NCBI GenBank assembly: GCA_903945605.1
Contig: CAJAWH010000093.1
Coordinates: forward strand, 7,186 to 39,185
Length of the DNA: 32,000 bases
Direction of reading: 5' to 3'
Origin: an uncultured Methylococcaceae bacterium
GTDB taxonomy: Bacteria > Pseudomonadota > Gammaproteobacteria > Methylococcales > Methylomonadaceae
Below the pieces are notes generated by a model. The model searched no databases, was not told the DNA's origin, and saw only the letters and a list, made by a program, of their open reading frames with translations. The position numbers were made by a program, and so were the translations under genes. Shown here one piece after another: positions 27,914 to 32,000 of the stretch; position 1 is the first letter of the stretch, and every line of letters starts with the position of its first letter.

Positions 27914-29839
27914 TCAATCCTCCAATGCTTGTTGTTTTCTGTCTGCAATCTCTTGTTTTATCAGGTGGGTAAACTCAGTGATTGACAGGCTACCTAAATC
28001 TTGGCCTTTTTGGGTGCGCACGGTGATGCGTTGGCCTTCCAGTTCCTTATCGCCAACCAATAGCAGATAAGGTACACGCAACATAGAATGCTCGCGGATT
28101 TTAAACCCGATTTTTTCATTTCTCAAGTCGATTCTTGCCCTGATGCCAGCCACTTCCAGTTCGCGCAGAATGGTGCTGGCATAATCGGCATGGCGGTCGG
28201 CAATGGTCATGACCATAACTTGCACAGGTGCCAACCAAACAGGGAAAGTACCGGCAAATTGTTCGATCAATATCCCGATAAAGCGCTCCAACGAACCCAA
28301 GATGGCGCGGTGCAACATCACCGGCACTTGTTTGGAACCGTCTTCAGCAATATAAGTGGCGCCCAAGCGGCCTGGCATGGAAAAATCCACTTGGATAGTG
28401 CCACATTGCCAAACCCGTCCGATACAGTCTTTTAACGAAAATTCTATTTTGGGGCCATAAAACGCACCTTCGCCCGGTTGCAAGTCCCATTTCAGGCCTT
28501 TGGTGTCCAAGGCCAGTTGCAGTGCGCTTTCTGCCTTGTCCCAAACGGCATCATCACCAACGCGGTTTTCAGGCCGGGTGGACAGCTTGATGATAATGTC
28601 ATCAAAGCCAAAATCTTTGTAAACATCAAACAGCAAATCAATAAAAGTGGCCACTTCCTCTTGGATTTGCCCTTCGGTACAGAAAATATGGGCATCGTCT
28701 TGGACGAAATTTCTGACCCGCATCAGGCCATGCAACGTGCCGGATGGCTCATTGCGGTGGCAAGAACCAAATTCCGCCAAACGGATGGGCAAGTCGCGGT
28801 AACTTTTGATGCCTTGGTTATAAATTTGGATATGGCAGGGGCAGTTCATTGGCTTGATGGCATAATCCCGATTTTCCGAATGGGTCGTGAAAATCATGCT
28901 GCCGAACTTGTCCCAATGCCCTGATTTTTCCCATAACGAACGGTCAACCACTTGTGGGGTTTTAACCTCGCCGTAGCCATTAAGGCGCAATTTTTCGCGG
29001 ATGTACTGCTCCACTTGTTGGTAGATGACCCAACCTTTTTCGTGCCAGAACACCATGCCCGGCGCTTCTTCTTGGGTGTGGAACAAGTCCAAAGTTTTAG
29101 CCAATTTGCGGTGGTCGCGTTTTTCCGCTTCTTCCAAGCGGTGCAAATACTCCTGCAACTCTTTTTTGTCGCCCCAAGCCGTGCCATAAATGCGTTGCAA
29201 CATTTCGTTCTTGGCATCGCCACGCCAATAAGCCCCGGCTATTTTCATCAGCTTGAAGGCTTTTAGCTTACCGGTGCTGGGCACATGCGGGCCACGGCAC
29301 AGGTCGGTGAAACCGCCTTGTTCATATAAGGACAGGTCTTCATTGGCGGGGATGGAGGCAATAATTTCTGCCTTGTAATGTTCGCCCAAATCTTGGAAAA
29401 ACTTTACTGCGGCATCCCGAGACAGCAACGAACGCTTAATGGCAAGGTCTTCGTCCGCCAGCTGCTGCATTTTTTTTTCAATGACAGTCAGGTCATCAGG
29501 GGTGAACGGCCGATGGTAGGAGAAGTCATAAAAAAAGCCGTTGTCGATGACCGGGCCAATAGTGACTTGTGCGTCGGGGAACAGCTGCTTGACCGCTTGG
29601 GCCAAAAGATGGGCAGTGGAATGGCGGATAATATCCACACCTTCGGCATCTTTTGCGGTAATTACCTGTAGATGGGCATCGCCTTCAATGACGGTGCTGG
29701 CATCCACCACACGACCATCCACCTTACCTGCCAAGGTGGCTTTAGCCAAGCCTGTGCCAATGGATTGGGCAATTTCCATCACAGTGACAGCATGGGCGAA
29801 TTCGCGCTGCGAACCATCGGGCAGGGTAATTTGCGGCAT
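27914..29839 (-). CDS. thrS: Threonyl-tRNA synthetase
   Basis: 641 aa; TGS domain, [29 protein letters not shown]-type motif ([21 protein letters not shown]). Confidence 0.98.
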   Translation of the reverse strand: MPQITLPDGSQREFAHAVTVMEIAQSIGTGLAKATLAGKVDGRVVDASTVIEGDAHLQVITAKDAEGVDIIRHSTAHLLAQAVKQLFPDAQVTIGPVIDNGFFYDFSYHRPFTPDDLTVIEKKMQQLADEDLAIKRSLLSRDAAVKFFQDLGEHYKAEIIASIPANEDLSLYEQGGFTDLCRGPHVPSTGKLKAFKLMKIAGAYWRGDAKNEMLQRIYGTAWGDKKELQEYLHRLEEAEKRDHRKLAKTLDLFHTQEEAPGMVFWHEKGWVIYQQVEQYIREKLRLNGYGEVKTPQVVDRSLWEKSGHWDKFGSMIFTTHSENRDYAIKPMNCPCHIQIYNQGIKSYRDLPIRLAEFGSCHRNEPSGTLHGLMRVRNFVQDDAHIFCTEGQIQEEVATFIDLLFDVYKDFGFDDIIIKLSTRPENRVGDDAVWDKAESALQLALDTKGLKWDLQPGEGAFYGPKIEFSLKDCIGRVWQCGTIQVDFSMPGRLGATYIAEDGSKQVPVMLHRAILGSLERFIGILIEQFAGTFPVWLAPVQVMVMTIADRHADYASTILRELEVAGIRARIDLRNEKIGFKIREHSMLRVPYLLLVGDKELEGQRITVRTQKGQDLGSLSITEFTHLIKQEIADRKQQALED

Positions 29840-29875
29840 GGGCTTTTAGTGTTCTTGGGTTAATAGAATAAAAAA

Positions 29876-29899
29876 AGCACTGGCTAGCCAGTGCTTTTG
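29876..29899 (-). terminator. Rho-independent terminator downstream of tRNA-Val
   Basis: agcactggctagccagtgct perfect palindrome with A-run on + strand (U-run on - strand). Confidence 0.8.
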
Positions 29900-29904
29900 A
29901 AATC

Positions 29905-29981
29905 TGGTAGGCACGATTGGACTCGAACCAACGACCCCCACCATGTCAAGGTGGTGCTCTAACCAACTGAGCTACGTGCCT
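29905..29981 (-). tRNA. tRNA-Val (anticodon GAC)
   Basis: AGGCACGTAGCTCAGTTGGTTAGAGCACCACCTTGACATGGTGGGGGTCGTTGGTTCGAGTCCAATCGTGCCTACCA cloverleaf. Confidence 0.95.
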
Positions 29982-30056
29982 GCAAACTTGATCTACTATT
30001 ATAGCAATTGATTTGGTTTGTGCAATACCAATGATTATTTTTATCAGCAGTACAGG

Positions 30057-30398
30057 TCAGGGCCCCTTGGGGGTGATGCGGTTCAGATGCTTTTTAGTCC
30101 GCTCCATCAGCATCTTTTGGCGTTCAACCGCCCACATTTCCAGTCCCACGTACAGCGGGATTTGGTGCTTGCCAATCATATCGCACAAGCCTTGCCGGAT
30201 GGCGATCAGCCGAATGATGCCCTTATCTTTGGGGTGTTTGGCGAGCAGATCGGCAAATTCTTGTTGTTCGCTTGGGTTGAGGCAAAAATTCAGGGGACGG
30301 GTGATGGTTTGTGCAGGTGCGGGGAGGGATAGGCAGCACAAAAGCCATAGCGGCCCGATTAGTTTGTGTTTCATGCTTTGGAGGCTCTTATTTGTCAT
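30057..30398 (-). CDS. Hypothetical secreted protein
   Basis: 113 aa with hydrophobic N-terminus LIGPLWLLCCLSLPAPAQ; no family recognised. Confidence 0.6.
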   Translation of the reverse strand: MTNKSLQSMKHKLIGPLWLLCCLSLPAPAQTITRPLNFCLNPSEQQEFADLLAKHPKDKGIIRLIAIRQGLCDMIGKHQIPLYVGLEMWAVERQKMLMERTKKHLNRITPKGP

Positions 30399-30478
30399 GT
30401 ACAGGGAAGCACTATAAACTATATTGTTGCCGTTTATTGTAAATTGCAGCGGATAGCCTAATTTTAAAGAGAACCCTC

Positions 30479-30850
30479 ATGAAAACCCCAAGCCTGATCA
30501 CTTTAACCTTAATGTTGGCATCCAGCCAAGCATGGCCTTACGGCAGCGACAGCAGCAGCAAAGCCTGCGAAAAGCCCAAATTCAGCCATTTTGAACCGGC
30601 CAATAACAGCACCGTAGCCCCCCATGCCACTTTTAGTTTTATTGCCTCGCAACAAACCCTTCCGGATAGCTTACAGGTTACGGTTAAAGGGCAACCGGTG
30701 GAACTGACCATCACCGCTAAAAACCAAGTGTTTTATGTGCAAGGGCAACTGCCGGACAGCCTTAACAATGAATTTGTGCGCATCAATATAGCCGCAGACA
30801 GTACGCATAAATGTAGGGGAGCGGATGGCTGGTTATTGAAAATTGAGTAA
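30479..30850 (+). CDS. Hypothetical secreted protein, possible CopC-like Ig fold
   Basis: 123 aa; signal-peptide-like N-terminus, KFSHFEPANNSTVAPHATFSFIAS. Confidence 0.6.
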   Translation: MKTPSLITLTLMLASSQAWPYGSDSSSKACEKPKFSHFEPANNSTVAPHATFSFIASQQTLPDSLQVTVKGQPVELTITAKNQVFYVQGQLPDSLNNEFVRINIAADSTHKCRGADGWLLKIE

Positions 30851-31013
30851 AACCAGGTGATCTGGATGGCGCATAGCGCAATCCAGGGCTGCGTGGCACA
30901 GTTACCCCGTATTACCCTACGGGCTACATAGCGACAATAAGCTTTAAAATATTAATGGAATAGGTTATAAAGATGCTGCCCGTTAGGGTAAACCCATTGT
31001 TTTTAAAAATTTT

Positions 31014-32000
31014 TTGAGGCCACTTATGAAGCAAAACACCGCGCGACTAAACCCCATCACCCGCCTAGCCGCTACGCTGTTGCTGGTGGTTTTCAACCTG
31101 ACCGCCGCCGTGGCGGCAACACCCATCGGCACGCCGGTCTACCCGGCATTCAGCAAGCTGCAGACCGTCGAACTGGTCGGCGGCAGCCCCGGCAACGTCA
31201 GTTGGACAGCCCCTAAAGCTGGCACTTACCAACTGTGGGTACAAATACCCGCCAGCAGCAGCTCGACCAACGCTATCTATAATGTTTACCCCAAAGGCAA
31301 TGCCGTGGGCAACACCAGCTGCTCCAGCACCGACCCCACTTACCCTTGTTTTCAAGTGACCGTTGACCAAACCATGGCAACTAACGGTTGGGTACAGCTG
31401 ATGCTCAACAACCTGGCCAGCACCCGCTGGGTGTTCACTAAAACCGGCCTGGTCAGCACCAACGCCAGCGGCATCCCCAACAGCCAGCAACTGGGCGTCG
31501 GCGAAGTGGTTTTCGCAAGTTACACCGCTTCCAAATTGACCCTTGGCCAAAGCTACCAAGGCGGCAAAATTGCCTATATTGACAGCACGGGCAAACACGG
31601 CCTGATTGCTGCGCCGTACGACCAAACCGGAGCTTATCCGAATGACATCCAATGGTATAACGGCAGTTACATCACCACCGGCGCGATCGGCACCGCCATT
31701 GGCACGGGTCAGGCCAACACCACCGCCATTGTCACAGCCCAAGGGCCGGGCAGCTACGCCGCCAAGCTATGCGACGACCTGGTGCTAAACGGTTACAGCG
31801 ACTGGTATTTGCCGTCCAAGGATGAGCTGAACCAACTGTACCTCAACCAAGCCGTTGTGGGTGGTTTTGCTTATTACATTTACTGGAGTTCTAGTGAGGG
31901 CGACTACGGCAGCGCGTGGGGCCAGGCCTTTGGCTATGGCGGCCAGAACGGCATCAATAAGTTCAGCACGCTGGCAGTGCGCGCTGTTAGGGCTTTTTAA
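31014..32000 (+). CDS. Secreted protein with DUF1566/Lcl C-terminal-like domain
   Basis: 328 aa; signal peptide, GGKIAYIDSTGKHGLIAA, LCDDLVLNGYSDWYLPSKDELNQLYLN, YWSSSEGDYGSAWGQAF, AVRAVRAF*. Confidence 0.8.
   Translation: MRPLMKQNTARLNPITRLAATLLLVVFNLTAAVAATPIGTPVYPAFSKLQTVELVGGSPGNVSWTAPKAGTYQLWVQIPASSSSTNAIYNVYPKGNAVGNTSCSSTDPTYPCFQVTVDQTMATNGWVQLMLNNLASTRWVFTKTGLVSTNASGIPNSQQLGVGEVVFASYTASKLTLGQSYQGGKIAYIDSTGKHGLIAAPYDQTGAYPNDIQWYNGSYITTGAIGTAIGTGQANTTAIVTAQGPGSYAAKLCDDLVLNGYSDWYLPSKDELNQLYLNQAVVGGFAYYIYWSSSEGDYGSAWGQAFGYGGQNGINKFSTLAVRAVRAF

Overview
Three zones, all inferred from sequence by eye. (1) 1-14717, minus strand: a tightly packed type I BREX-like phage-defence operon in the order brxR-like WYL regulator, brxA, brxB, brxC, sbcD, sbcC, pglX, AAA ATPase, running off the left edge. 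Two things stand out: a complete SbcCD nuclease pair sits between brxC and pglX, and the AAA ATPase reading frame is interrupted by a single in-frame TAA at 681-683. pglZ and brxL are not in the window and would be expected to the left. (2) 16.65-22.56 kb: a compact (~5.8 kb) satellite/PICI-like integrative element (tyrosine integrase, AlpA-like regulator, PrimPol-SF3 helicase, small TerS/HTH-like protein). It is inserted at tRNA-Pro(GGG) and bounded by 102-bp direct repeats containing the tRNA 3' half. Its noncoding parts contain an iteron-like cluster and a six-unit, ~41-bp-period degenerate array. The outer flank of the left repeat resembles the element's own right end, suggesting tandem integration beside an older BREX-carrying island. 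(3) 22.5-32 kb: core chromosome (ihfA, pheT, pheS, rplT, rpmI, infC, thrS, tRNA-Val(GAC)) followed by secreted/lipoprotein-like hypotheticals and a DUF1566/Lcl-like protein that ends exactly at the window edge. The most notable candidate system is the BREX variant with embedded SbcCD.
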